DNA of 63,793 nt, filler included, from Phoronis australis (GCA_002633005.1; 6 parts of 6 records of this genome joined end to end with filler, not necessarily neighbours in it); one strand, 5' to 3'. Shown: positions 48,089 through 61,152, counted from the whole stretch's first letter. Numbers and translations are program-made. The notes: a model not told the origin generated them from the sequence alone.

Positions 48089-51000
48089 CTGTCGTAGATT
48101 TTGGCCACTCTCAGTTCACCTCTGCCTTTCCTTAAGGATACACGTGTCGTGGCAGCGTGAGCCAATATGTGCCCACCAATTGGCTTCTTGGGGTCTGCTT
48201 GAAAACTAAAAATGAGGCAATGAACGTATAAACATCTTTTTTCACACTGAAGTCAGGAGTAGGATTAAACTGCGGTCCCTGAGATCATCTGTTCAGCACT
48301 TACTGTTTAATACTAACAGTATGCAGGGGTCATTTTTGCTTTCCACGTCACTGCCATGTTCCATGAAATGATTATCACAAGGAAGTTTACATTGGCCGTC
48401 ACGATTTCTTCTGTTGGTGTTTACTCACCATGTATTGTGATGTGTGAAAAATTATGGTAACTTAATAGGATGAGAAATGACATGATGTGAGATCTACTAA
48501 CATGAGCCTTACATACATAACACAGTCAATGTTTTCCTCAAGTAGATCGTTAACTTGGTTGTGATTTCCATAAATCCGATTCTCTGAATGTCATGGCCCA
48601 TTCTGCTTGGAAATAACGAATGATGCGATTGGCCTTGGTGGACTCTTCTCAATCATTCGCCCACTGATTTAGACTTTTTAATATTTAATTTTTATCATTT
48701 TTCATTTTAATGTGTGGGTGGCAGAGAGTGCACTGATGAAATAAATTGTATTTCAGTGTAGTTACTAAGAGTACAAAGGCAGGGTGTTGCACCCAAAAGG
48801 GCAGTCACATTTTCCTTGTCTTTTAGGCACAGCTTTTGGTTTCAAATACATAACGGAAATTCATGTGAATTGTGAAGACAGAATGTGCTTCAAGCTACAA
48901 AGGGAGAGAAGACATTGCTAATCATTTTTTAAACAATTCGCTGAATGTTAGAATGCAAAATGTGTTCATGAAATGAAAAAAATATTGTAGAATTTCTCAT
49001 CAATTCCTGTACTCCGTCAGTCGACCTCTGGATTGTTCTTAACCTCTTTGCCCATGGCTACTCATAAAGCTGTTATCAAGTACACTCAAATACAAAGTAA
49101 ATGAAGTGTGTCACAGAGAATCTCAACAACAGGACTCACTGAATTCCATTTGGTACATGAGGCAGTTGTCTAATATAATGTGAATGCCAACAAAAACACA
49201 GAGGTGTATTTCAGCTAAAAATGGACACTCAAGATTTTGGTACATGTGAAGAAGACTAACATATCCACGTATGAGTAAACACTTCTGCTTACCTCATTGT
49301 TGCACCTGGGTCTGCTGTCATTTGGTTGGTTATGAAAACTGCAACGTTGTACTCTGAAACAAAGCCACACATGCTGTTGGCTTTTGAGAAGCACAGTTCA
49401 AAATTGAGCATGTTTTGTGACAATGCAATTTCATAGTAAGAGGTGATCATCGGCTGCACAGAATACGTCTGATATTGTGCGAGATAAAAAAGCAAAGTGT
49501 ATTTTTGTCCAACTCCCTTGACGTGATTGTGCTAACCTGCTACTGCCCAATGAGAATTTGCCCAAGGTTTTTAGAGACTCGAACTGGTTTTCAACGAGCA
49601 AAGCTATAGATTTTAGGTGAGGTAATGCAATGAGATGGCAATTTTGTCCCTCACTTTTCCCCCTACTCAGTTGTGGAACCATTTGTGGTTAATTGGAGCT
49701 CTTCCTGATGCTCCCCAGTATTTATAACCAAAAGATTAGTGTAGATGGAAGGCTTAACTTTCTCAGTATTCCTGAGTGTAGAGAGATTGTGGCTATTGAG
49801 GTGTGATAGTTGGAACAAAGGAAAAAAATTATTGATGACGTGTCAAATGATGTACGTTCTATTGTAATATCTGACATATTGACTATCTGCATACAAACGC
49901 AAGCCACGACACTATGGGTGGGGACCTTGGATGCAGGATTTTCTCAACCCAATTGAACTTACGGTAAAATCTCACCAACTTAGGACACCATGGCTGACAA
50001 GTGAATTTTATTTTTACTTTTTCTTTCATAAGATAAGTAGCACCAAACAAATGTTCATGCTTTTTAAAGATCTATGCCATATCCATCAGACAATGATTCT
50101 GGGAAATCAGCATCACAGTGAAGCTTTTGAAAAAAGACCAGTTTTGACAATTGTTTTCTGCAACTGATGAGATAGCATAAAGCTTCCGTTAACGCATACT
50201 GCCTACTGTACACATGAGAAATGGAAAAGTACCTGTTCCAACATAAGGCTACTGAAGAATTAGAAATCCTAAATCATCCACTTTAATCAGGATACATAAG
50301 GAAAAGCTGTAAGCTGTTGCGTATCTGCAATGTGACATCACTTAAACCTAGCATGGGTGCAATACCTTCGGATATTTTCTGTAATCGTGACAACATCTGA
50401 GCAAGCTTTTGTTGTCTGTCTGCAAGTTCACCCCTACCACAGAAATCCACTCGAAACAGTGCCATGATGGAATCAACAATCTAAAAATAAGAGACCAACT
50501 CAATGTTCATATTGTATGACATTCACTTATTTATTTGCTTAAAAGTTATTGTAATCAGCCTTGTGTTTACACTCTGAGAACAACACCAGTAAATGGTGCT
50601 GTAATTACGTAATCCAGTGAACCAGCTAAGTTCATCAATTCATACCCTATATTGTACTGACCGAAATGCCTAGTTTATTTTGCAAGCTTTGAGGTTATGC
50701 AGGACCCTAGAAAGATGTCCAATTTTGAAACATTGTATCTCAGTAATGGCTTATTGGATTCGCATGAAACTTTCAAATACTAAGCTTTATACACTGTTCT
50801 TGAAAAGAATGTTAGGAATTGTTTTTATAAGTGTTCCACATTTTTATGAGAGACTATCAAAAATAGGACTTACATTATTTTTATAAAAAAAGAAGTTGCA
50901 TAAAATGAAACTAAATAAAAAACTGTAACAGCGTTTTTGAGATTTTATCTTGGACAGTTACATTATACGAAATTTGTTCACATTATTGATCCTGTTGTTT

Positions 51001-54000
51001 TGCTATGAATATACTTTTTTACTAAATTTTCCTGAAAAGGCAATGTCATGTGCCTTAATTAGTAACACATTGGTATAAATTCAAAGATCAAATTCAAAAG
51101 AGCTTCTACTTTCAAAAATAGATACTTTGCTGAGTGAAATTCTATAGTTTTGTAGATATTTAGCTAAATTTACAGACGTGTCATTCAGTTGCTACATAAT
51201 CTCAACAACAACTGCTTAGGAAAATCACAGGTTCCACATCAGTCCTTTTGTAGTTCACTGTACTCAAACACAGTTCTGTTGTGATTTTCTTCTAGTACCC
51301 AAGCAAGATAACTTTACCAGAAGTTTGAAGACCCCTCCTTCTTCATGAAACTTTGCAGCAACAAAATCCAAAAGATCATATTGTTGTTCACCTGTAAAAT
51401 ATTTGTCAAATGGATGTAGACACACAAAACTGCAGGTGTTCGCCACTCGTTCATGCCAAATTATTTGCCTGTAAACGACTTGATTGAACAAATGAAGATT
51501 TCTACAATAATAATACAAACAATGTTGACAAGAGAGGTAAAATAGAAATCCTATTAAATGGAATTTTAAATCTGATTTCAGTGTCTAATGAGATATTTAG
51601 GTTATTCTTTACCTACTAAGCACTCATTACGACTGACAAAAGAAATGTTATTATGTAAAATATATCAACAAAAATGAAGATGAAGGAAATTTTTTAGTGA
51701 ATTGACAGCATTTGATTTGTACAATGTATATCATAAAACAAATATTTGGCAAAAATTTCCATTATTGATTTGCAGCAATTTAAGCCACTTGGCCTTTGAA
51801 AAATATTAAAAATGACAATCTTGACAGTTCTTGTACAAAATACGCGAAGAATTGATGTGATAGAATCACATGCAATAAAAGACCAGTCAACTGAACAGGC
51901 TTTTGAGTTCAACTTTTGAAATCCCTGGCAAATAGTCTAAGAAGGGTAAATGAACAAGTGCTACTTACTTGTGTACGCACGTGCATATAGCACATTGTCC
52001 AGTACTGCATTTTGATCCAGATTAAAACGATCTGCTATGTCTCTCAAACGATCAGGTCGACTGTTGAAATCGGGTAAAGGAGAGTGTAATGTTAAAAAAC
52101 TGCAGATATACCGTGGACAAAGTCGAGGCTTTGTAATACTCTATCTACAGGTATGTCTGTGTATTTAGCAAAATACATACAAACCATAGACTTTAACCCA
52201 GTAAAAGTGTGTATTTTCTGAAAGTAGAAAGCTTTTAGAATTTAATTTTTGACTATCCATCAATGTCACATTTGTGTCACTTGAACGTGTCTTTTTAACA
52301 AATTTTGGCAAAAAAGTAAACTACATCGATTAACACAACAACGGCGTCAATAACATCATTGAATTTATTTAAAATGCTCCTGCAGCTTTCAGAATTATTT
52401 TCTTACAACTTTTAATTTTTTTTCATAAAAATCACAATAAAACTATTTATAGCCCCTCATACAAAAGTAGAACATTTTAAAACAATTCCTAATAGTGTTT
52501 TGGAGAACTGTGAATAATGCATCACTAACTGAAAGTTTTAATTGAAACCAATTGCCCATTTCTGAGATATGTTGTTTCAAAGTTGGTCAAATTTGCACAT
52601 TTTTTTAGGGTCCTGCATAATCATAAAGACATGGCGAGGGCCGGGTCCAGGACGTAAGATAGTTTCGAGACAGTAACATGAATGTCATTACAAAAGCAAG
52701 GCTGTGACTCTCCTACACCTAAAAACATTACAACTTATGTAAACTTGACAGTGTGGTTCATGTTTACATCCAAAGAAACTTATCATAAACCATTTGTGTG
52801 TCAATTTAATAATTTAAAGTTAAAATCTCCTTGGCTAAGACCAGGTGTTAGATAAAATGACCTGTCATTGCACTGTCAAGCCATACCTTTACACATAATA
52901 AAAAGGATACAATGTATTTTCTGTATCAATAAACATTACTTTTCCTCCAGTAAAACCATTAGCACCAGGTAGTTGAGTAGTCACTGCAACAGACCACCAG
53001 ATAATTAACACAGGCAACGACAAAAGGCACTTACAATTCTAGGCATGGATCATCTCTTAACTACAATAAGTATTGCAAATCATCACAAAAAATTGTTAAA
53101 AGAATAAAATGCACTCAATTAATTCAGTTTCCAAGACATCACAAACACATAGAAACTATATGAGATTCCGTCTATGATATTAAATACAAATCTTAATGAC
53201 TTTGTAAAAATCAACTTGCCACACAGTGTATGAGACAATTGGGTTTTGCCAGTTCTAAACTCTCCAAAGGCTTCAGTTATTGACATGCTTTCTATGCCGC
53301 CACCCAGTAACTTGCTGAAAGGTAAGTATTCACAAATTACAGATTTTATCAGTCCTACTTTCTAGACCATAGCTACTACTGGACAATGTTTTGAGAAACT
53401 GGGGACTCACAGTAACACAAGAAGTCTTTGAATAAGTAATTAGCAACTAATTTGGTTAATTGTTTTATTCAAAATTGGCAAGATATTACAAGAAGGAAGT
53501 ATTTATCCCAAAGCAATGATTAATAATGGGTCCCAACATAACACTCACACTTTTTTGTTTATTTATTTACTTATTGTAATATTTAAAATGAGGGTGGCCT
53601 CTTCAGTGACAGCACTGCTTCCCAAGAGGGTCCAGGCAGCAAAGATGCAATCTCTCAGTTTAGAATTTTATTGTTTTTGTTATCATTACCACTATTACCA
53701 ACATAAGCACAAATGGCATAAAAATTTCTTACTCAAATTCCTGGCTTCCTGTTGTTATCCTAAAAACTTGCTTTCTTTTGTCAGAAAATTCAAGTGCTGT
53801 GAGGAAGCCCGTGTCCTAAATCAGGTATAGATAAGTATAATATTAATACAGACTGTCAATCATATCATTAATTTCTTTGAGAAAATAAATAGTTTTTAAT
53901 CTCATGTACTTTGAAAGATCAACTGTACATTCCATGTGGTAAGTTATGGCATTTATGATGTATGATTATTAATGGGATTGTTTAGCATACACTCAGCTTG

Positions 54001-54628
54001 CCAGCAGCTTCTTTTATCTTTTCCATTTTGGCTTCTGATATTCCTTTTATGCTGCACATCTTCTTCCTTGTTGTCATCTGAATCCCCTGTAATGAAAAAA
54101 ATCTAGTTCAGTTGTGTTTTTTGCAACTAAAATCATGGTGAACTACCCTAAACAAAATCAATAAACCATTCGAAGAAAAATGACTACCAGCACTATTACC
54201 TTTACAGTACATATTCCCGCTTGTTTCAACTTTTTAAGGTCGGCGGCATTCTGAAAAGGATAGTTTAGAAGATGTGAAAAAAATGCTTGAAAATGAAAAT
54301 TTTCACATTTACCAAACATTAAATTTGCAGCATTCCCCTGAAATATAAGTGTATGCGTAACACTGAGCTAATACCTGAGGTGCGGTGTATTAAAGTTCTA
54401 AATCGAAAAACTAAGATTCAAAATCATATTGAATTCCAGAAGAGAAAATAATACGTGTGAAACTTTTAGTGGAGATTTCTAAGAATTGCATTTTAATATT
54501 AGCTGAAAAATTGATTGACTTACAATGCCTTGGTTTTGCAGGAGATCGATGTCTTGAAAAAATGACTCTTCATCATCCAAGTCCTCCAACTGTTCCTCGA
54601 CTACTTGCTCACCCTCTGCCAAACTCAT
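48089..54628 (-). CDS. DMC1: Meiotic recombinase DMC1, 11 coding exons, last exon missing
   Basis: complement(join(54524-54628,54200-54250,53991-54086,53733-53815,53220-53314,52911-52983,51969-52060,51318-51391,50366-50480,49293-49353,48089-48205)). Motifs [18 protein letters not shown], Walker [37 protein letters not shown] and [42 protein letters not shown] are diagnostic of DMC1 rather than RAD51. Confidence 0.97.
50695..51177. repeat. Intronic DNA-transposon-like repeat, inverted partner of 52155-52620
   Basis: Starts TTATGCAGGACCCTA. Collinear reverse complement of 52155-52620. Confidence 0.7.
52061..52910 (-). other. U12-type (minor spliceosome) GT-AG intron of DMC1
   Basis: 5' splice site GTATCCTTTT. 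Branch-like TCCTTTAC (52074-52081) with its A about 14 nt from the CAG acceptor, and no long polypyrimidine tract. Confidence 0.8.
52155..52620. repeat. Intronic repeat, inverted partner of 50695-51177
   Basis: Ends TAGGGTCCTGCATAA. Confidence 0.7.
52984..53219 (-). other. GC-AG intron of DMC1
   Basis: Donor G|GCAAGT is required to give the conserved HTLCVT. The nearby GT would give HTLLT, losing the conserved Cys-Val. Confidence 0.8.
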
Positions 54629-55197
54629 TCCTAAAACTGAAGCAAATTTGAAGTCAATAAACAATTACCCCAAAATACGGAACATTTGACAGCATTATAA
54701 CTGCAAAAATTTATATAAAAATCAACAGAAATGCAGTAAACTTCCACACAAGTGAGCAGAGCAGGGCCCACCCGGTCACTCTATCGCCACCTATTGACAA
54801 GGCATATTTCATTGTTGCCGGCCATTCCTATGTAACGCTTCAGCCATCAATTAGATCACGGTCCCCATTGACGTATGGAGTCATGACTGCAACTATAGTT
54901 TTATTAGGTAATTGTATACAATGTGATAACTTTGACTCTCCCATATGATGATAGTGTTGTTTGTTATTCCTTTCATTGTACCGAATCCAAAAATATAACA
55001 GAGCTATGTACTATTTCCTCCATAAACTACAGATGTCGCCACATACATGTCAAGATCTGTATGTGATGACAATTGGCTTAATACCTCAAAATTCAACTGT
55101 TGCCTGGAAGTTTGGTAATTTGCCAAATTATGTTGCACACCCAGTAGAATTAATGAGGAACATAATATAGCAAAATTATACGAACAATAGCCTGGGC

Positions 55198-55265
55198 CAT
55201 GGGCGGTGCAGCACTGAAAAAAGTTGGGGAGCTATGGCTTCCCCAGCCCTGGTGCGCCACCGATG
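55198..55265. mobile_element. Monomeric copy of the CATGGGCGG MITE
   Basis: CATGGGCGGTGCAGCACTGAAAAAAGT..GGTGCGCCACCGATG. Confidence 0.65.
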
Positions 55266-55653
55266 CTGGGGCAATGTAATTAAGTACGTCAACAACAGCA
55301 TGGTTTCATTTATCGATCCCAGCAGATTCTGACGTACGCAAACCCGTCGAGTTGCCCCATCTCGACCGGTGAGGGTGTCATGGTAGGATTCTTTTCATGT
55401 TGCAAACACTTGCTACAGGTCCAGTAGCGGACAGTGAGATTCATCAGAGAACTGTCCCACTCTCTCAGCCAACACTGTTAGTCATTGATACTGACAGTTA
55501 TCAGGTGATAGAAACCAGGGCTGCATGAGTTCCATGCATGTGATCACATAGTGACAGCATAATGACAGCGACCATGCCACAGTCTCATTGAGACATAGAC
55601 AGTGCCACTGACGGTAGCACTCCAATAGGCAAAGGGCGTTCATACTTTGGAAG

Positions 55654-55919
55654 CTTTTAGGTGAATTATGCCTCACACATAAACCATCAAAATCACATTG
55701 CTACAAAGTACAAGTATGTTTACGCAGAGAAGGACAACTTAGGAGACTGTTGGTGTTTTTAATTCCTTCCAACTCGAAAAAATACACCTGTAAAGAAAAT
55801 TTTTTACGAACAGTCCTTCGTTCAGTCGCCAAAATTGGCAACTAGACATTTTTACACTACACGCGCCAAGTATATGACTTTGATAGTTTCATCAGTGTGA
55901 GGCATAATTCACCAAAAAG
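55654..55919. repeat. Inverted repeat / foldback element upstream of DMC1 CDS
   Basis: GGTGAATTATGCCTCACAC (55660-55678) and GTGTGAGGCATAATTCACC (55895-55913) are perfectly inverted; the arms extend imperfectly. Confidence 0.7.
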
Positions 55920-56037
55920 TAGGAAGGGCCCATGGCACCGGAAGGCCACAGTCTCTACTCACTTAGTCACTGTTAAGTAGCCGTGCATGCCATGGAGACA
56001 GTGTCACTTTGATTGGGAGACTGAGAATAGATGCCTG

Positions 56038-56200
56038 CAGTAGCAGATTTAGAGGAGGGCCAAGGGGGCCATGCCCCCCTAAAAATTTTCCAGATTCAAT
56101 TTGGCAGTTTGGGGGTATGAATGACTGACGGGAAAATCCTGGCTAAGAATATTATTCTGCCCTGCCCTCCCCCCAACTCAAAATCCTGGATCCGCCCCTG
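56038..56200. mobile_element. hAT-type MITE with perfect 5-bp TSD
   Basis: GCCTG|CAGTAGCAGATTTAG ... CTGGATCCGCCCCTG|GCCTG. Confidence 0.75.
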
Positions 56201-57030
56201 GCCTGTCAATCACACGTAATTTTTCATCGTCTCCAGTCAACAATGTAGGTTGCTCTGATCAATTTGAACCTTTCGTATGATAAATTTCTCCTGGCGGGTC
56301 AAACGGCTTTGTGCTTCGCTCTTTCCTAGCACCGTGACAGTGTTAAGCCAGAAAATTCGTCTGCTGATTGCTGCTTGTGCAAAGAAAATAGCAACAGAAT
56401 GCATTTAAATATTTCAAAACATTAGCTAAAATTTAAATATTAAATTATTCATAAACAATTCATCCTGAATTCTTAAAAATAATACCATTTTGGTATATCA
56501 AATGAAATTTTAATTTCAAAAGACAGTTTGAATATCTGATGTGCTACTAACAACTTTACAATTGTAGAGGCACAATTCCTTTCACACCGAGGCTGCTACT
56601 AGCAAGTGCACGCGTTTGTCCTCAGTGAAGCTTGATTGCCGAGAGGAATTCGCCTAATTTCTTCTATTGTATTGTGTACCAAGTATCATTCCATCATGGT
56701 ATGTGTTCATTTAAAACTGTTAAAAATTGTCTAGTGTCTTCCCTGGATTGGATTTGAAAAGACCGACGGCGTGGTTGTGAATTACTTCACCGGTCACAAA
56801 TCGTCCATGTTATTCTTGTCAATAATGCTATATTACTTATTAGTCTAGACAGTGACCACCGTCTCGACTAGGCAATGACCATCGCCTCTGTTGGCCTGAA
56901 GCAGAGGCGATGTAGAGGCTATTGGCGCTCTGTACGCCGGAAGCTTTTCGGCGAATTTTGCCTCGCACCGACTAAACCATCAAAGTCACGTTGTTATAAA
57001 TATAGGGACGTGACAAAGTCTTGTCTCAAC

Positions 57031-57041
57031 GCTGATTGGCT
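57031..57041 (-). promoter_or_regulatory. NF-Y CCAAT box, candidate DMC1 (or divergent) promoter
   Basis: AGCCAATCAGC on the minus strand in a CpG-richer patch about 2.4 kb upstream of the DMC1 ATG. The ATG exon starts at a splice acceptor, so an upstream non-coding exon must exist. Confidence 0.35.
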
Positions 57042-57184
57042 TTTCCCAGATATTGCGTAATGGCGATTATCGATAAGACAGCCATTGTCTCACGGTGGCT
57101 ATAGTATTTCAGCTCTCTCTCCTCCAGAAACCAAGAAAACAGGGAACCACATTATTGATGACGTAGACCGTAAATTCTTCTGGG

Positions 57185-57284
57185 NNNNNNNNNNNNNNNN
57201 NNNNNNNNNNNNNNNNNNNNNNNNNNNNTTAATTAATTAANNNNNNNNNNNNNNNNNNNNNNNNNNNNNNNNNNNNNNNNNNNN
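57185..57284. other. Artificial contig spacer
   Basis: N44-TTAATTAATTAA-N44. Confidence 0.97.
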
Positions 57285-57782
57285 GGGTTTGTGCGCGATT
57301 TTGAGTTTTGAACGGTTCAAAAATTTTCCAACGCACAACTCTGCGTCGGTGTGCGTAATTCGTGAGTTGACGTGCGTAGTTTATGCGTCGAGTATGCGTG
57401 ATTATGCGCTGGACACGCGTTTGCCATCAGTGCTTATGCGTCAGAACTGGTTCGAAATCACGCACGTGCACGTCCGTCCACTGACGCCCCACCTTCATTT
57501 CACGCATGAAATACGCATATATGACGTTCATTCCACTGACATCCACTGACAAACATATCATTTTGGCTTGTATGCGTCGTTATGCGCGATATGTCAGTGA
57601 TTCATCAGTGATTGTAAGAGATATGTGCGTGGGCCATAGGTGATTCGTCAGTTATTTGTCAGTGATTTCTAACCTCCACACCCGGAAAATTTGGTCAATT
57701 TCTTGACGATCAAAACACGCACAAATTGAATTTGTGCGTGTTGTATGAGTGATTCATGCGTGATCGGCTGTGTGACTGGGCC
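57285..57782. mobile_element. Harbinger-like non-autonomous element, right part
   Basis: Many TGCGT/ACGCA and CACTGA subterminal motifs. Ends GTGTGACTGGGCC (TIR GGCCCAGTCACAC). Confidence 0.55.
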
Positions 57783-59429
57783 TTCTGCTGAAAAGCATCG
57801 CCTGTTGTCTTTGTCGAAGCGCTTTCTGGTAGTGCAAAAAACACTCGTCGAGTCCACCAGGAACGTCGTTTAGCTGTAGTGCATTTGTCTGTGACATCCT
57901 GTTCGTTTGGTTGGTTGGTTTTTTAGGGTGTCGGCTTGCGATAGGTCAATTAAGAGGAAATTGATGTAATCCTAACAGCTTAGAATTAGTTATAAAGTAA
58001 TCTGTAGTATTCAGTTACATTTTGAAATGCAATTGGAATGCTTTTTGGAAATCATCTTGTTCCACTGGCTTGCCTCATTTTGCCGACCTCAGATTCGGAG
58101 TGCAATCACACACGATAATCTGCCGTTAATATCCATCTTGTCAGTCAGCTTTTTGTCGAATCACTTTGAGCACAATCGCGCATTTATCATAAGCGGGAGA
58201 GAGATTAGAAACTCTGTGGTGACTACAACTATAGAGTTTTTCCTACGTGCGTATTTCAAAAATTGTGAATTGTGTGATTTTTTCAGCAAATTCGCTGACA
58301 GAGGAAAGTGAATAACTGTAATACACGTTGCGAGAAGGTATTTCAGCAAGAATCGTTTAAAAGATTTTTGACGAGCTTTCGCATCCCATGTTGCACTTTA
58401 AAGACTAACTCAACCGAAATTTGTTATTTTGGGCTAAACAGATAGTCCTAGCACAGCCTTAGTAAAATAAGAAAACGCGAGTTCAATCACGCTGTTACGG
58501 GGAGATTTTATGTAGGATGAACATGTAATTTATTTATCATTAAAGTATGATACAAACACATTACAACTTGGGTTAATTATATACTTGAGAATAATATTAC
58601 ATGAGAAGTATTTAGTATTAATTAAGTATAGAGTGGTTGTTGCGTAATTAATTAAAGGTATTAGTTGTTTACTGAAATTTATTGTCTCCTATGAGTGCAT
58701 AGGAAATGAATCAGCAGATTTATCTCTAACCATGTGTTTATGCTATGCTAGCAGAGTTTTGTAACTTTAAATTCACCGGAATTGGTCAACTGTGGGGTTA
58801 GCCAGTTCTGACAACAATAGTCTTGTTATTATTCAGCAGAAATTACTTAAAGGCTTGTCTGTCCGCGACCATATTTGGCGAAAGCTTAGGTTCATAATTG
58901 GAATCTTATGATGTTGTTCCGGGAGTTGATTTGGAACTATGAGTACATTTGGAGGAAGTTTATGGGTATTATGTTTTGATCTAACTCGCCAGGAACGGGA
59001 AAACGTGATCACAGACTAATTAAATTAGCCTTCTTTGTTAATCTTTATGATTATTCATTAACGGAAATTCAAACGTTTAGTCAATATACTCATTATTACA
59101 TCCAAATCAAATTGTGTTGTTTCAACCGCCTACAGGCAAGATATTTACCACGTGACACACGCAAATGTAAACCCGTCAAATGAAGTCAAGCGAAGCTGCA
59201 TTTTCGTGCTATGTTACGTCACCGCAAGATCCCAGCACAAAAAAACAAAAGGTTGTATTGAATGGGAGTCTGACTAGAACATCATTGCGTGCGGGTGTTA
59301 TTCACAGCTGTTTGAATTAAAAAGGTAATTCTCGCGGTGAAGTAGACAAAAGCAAGCCAATACCCCTAACAGTTCGTTACATTTGGCAATTCATGGCACT
59401 AGTGGGCTCAGAGTGATGCCCTTAACATA

Positions 59430-60750
59430 TTCTTGGAACCAAATTTACAGGTGTTACAACTGGAGATAGGCTTTAAAGATGCAGCCGGCTAGTTGACCTA
59501 TGGCAGTATTAAAAAACCATTTCCTCAACCGTCTCTTTCACGCGCTCACCAGACCTGAATGCACTAATTTCCTTTTCGAGGGAAGGCTTAAAAGAAAGAA
59601 AAACCCGCAAACAACATCCAATGATAACATCTAGCTTCTTTGTTAACTGCCAAGCAAAGTCTTTTGTTTGTTATAACAACAGGCAGGCCAATTATTGACC
59701 AGGCTTATTACAGACCACGTGTGAACACCGTCTAAACCCAGAGCGAATTGGTAAATTCAGAGAGGATATCATCGCAACTTCGGTTGCAGTTGGGCGATTT
59801 TGGCGATTCAAAAACTAAACATGATCACCATTAGACGAGGATTTCAGAATTGCTATTGGTTTATGTTCAAATATGTTACAACTTAACTTTTATTTTTAAC
59901 AACAGGAAAACGCCGTAATGGCCTATCACAGAGGCGTCTCTGTGTGAGTCCGACATAGAAGTCTTTACAGTTGTCACATTCAACCTTATAAACAACAGTG
60001 CTGATCTGTATGTTGGCATTTGCTGTTCTTTGAAAATAATTGTCCTGATTATTTCCAATGAATAGACGAAACGTTGATTGAACATGAGCTTTTTATATGT
60101 GCGGCGATCGTCTGGTTTTTAATCTTACTAGGGCCAAAAACTGATTTAATATAAACGACTTTCCCGCCAAGTCCTCTGAAACGTAGTAATGCTCTGTTAC
60201 CCTTGACAACCCTCAAAAGTTTAGGAGAAAAAATGAAAACTCCTATCAAAGTCTGCTAAACAGGTAAGCGTGACCTACGGTTTTAGCGATTTACATGGCA
60301 ACTGTTGAAAGAACATTCACCAAGGGCCATAATATCCAAATTTGTGACGTAGGACATTACGGCGTTCTCCCGTTCAGTGACTTTACAAGACGTAGTGGGT
60401 TGAGAGCGTGTGATAACATCTAGCTCCTTTGATAAATGCCAAGTACAGTCTTTTGTCTGTTATGACAGGCCAATTATCTACCAGGCCTATTACAGACCAC
60501 GTGTGAACACAGTCTAACCCAGAACAAATTGGCACGTTCGGAAAGAATATATTGTGGTAACTTCGGTTGTAGTTGGGGGATTTTGTGGATTCAGAAACTA
60601 ATCATGAACGAGGAATTCGTAAATGCTATTAGTTTATGTTCAAATATGTTATATAACTTTTATTTTTAACACCACACCCGCCAGTCAGGAGAAACGATCT
60701 TGTGTTGGAGATGAGAACAGTTATCGAATCAACGGGAAAATGGCTGGTCA
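59430..60750 (+). pseudogene. Two tandem decayed LRR (Toll-like receptor-like ectodomain) fragments
   Basis: About 59625-59905 and about 60350-60675 are homologous to each other and to minus-strand 62800-63135. Stop-ridden LRR-like peptides NLQVLQL, RLFHALTR, PFSDFTR..MPSTVFCLL and GFWRFKN*T. Confidence 0.4.
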
Positions 60751-60756
60751 TATCAG

Positions 60757-61152
60757 GGCCCGGTCTCTAATCTTTGTACTCGAAACGAACTCGAAACTAT
60801 TTTTGGCAATTTCTCTGCTCCTTTTGTGCGAACTTAAGATAATTGGTTATCAGACTGTGCTCAAATACATTATAGTTTATGCATAGGAGTTTCTAGTTCA
60901 AGTTTGCCCTTAAAGACCCTTATATTCGTGCTACAAACTCGAGTAAACACTCGAAATTTCGAGTTCAAACTCTAACTTATAGCTTTAATATTGGGTTTAC
61001 AAACTGTGAAATAAAGGCAAAAAATTATCTACGTAAGTTATTGTGTACTCGAGCATATAATAATAGACACTTATCTTGAGTTCGCCCGAAAGTAGAGTAG
61101 AAAAAGCCAAACCTAATTTCAAGTTCCATTTCGAGAGATTGGAGACCGGGCC
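60757..61152. mobile_element. PIF/Harbinger-type MITE, CAG TSD
   Basis: CAG|GGCCCGGTCTC ... GAGACCGGGCC|CAG. Inverted copy of 10420-10803. Confidence 0.8.

Noticed and set aside
48128-48142. Second GTATCCTT U12-like donor
   Set aside because: It lies inside conserved coding sequence (RVSLRK) of a DMC1 exon.
48089-54628. RAD51 identity
   Set aside because: Residues such as [25 protein letters not shown] and QMTADPGA are DMC1-specific.
29514-57184. Functional gene cluster linking XPO6, the unknown gene and DMC1
   Set aside because: They are separated by artificial spacers, so linkage is unproven.
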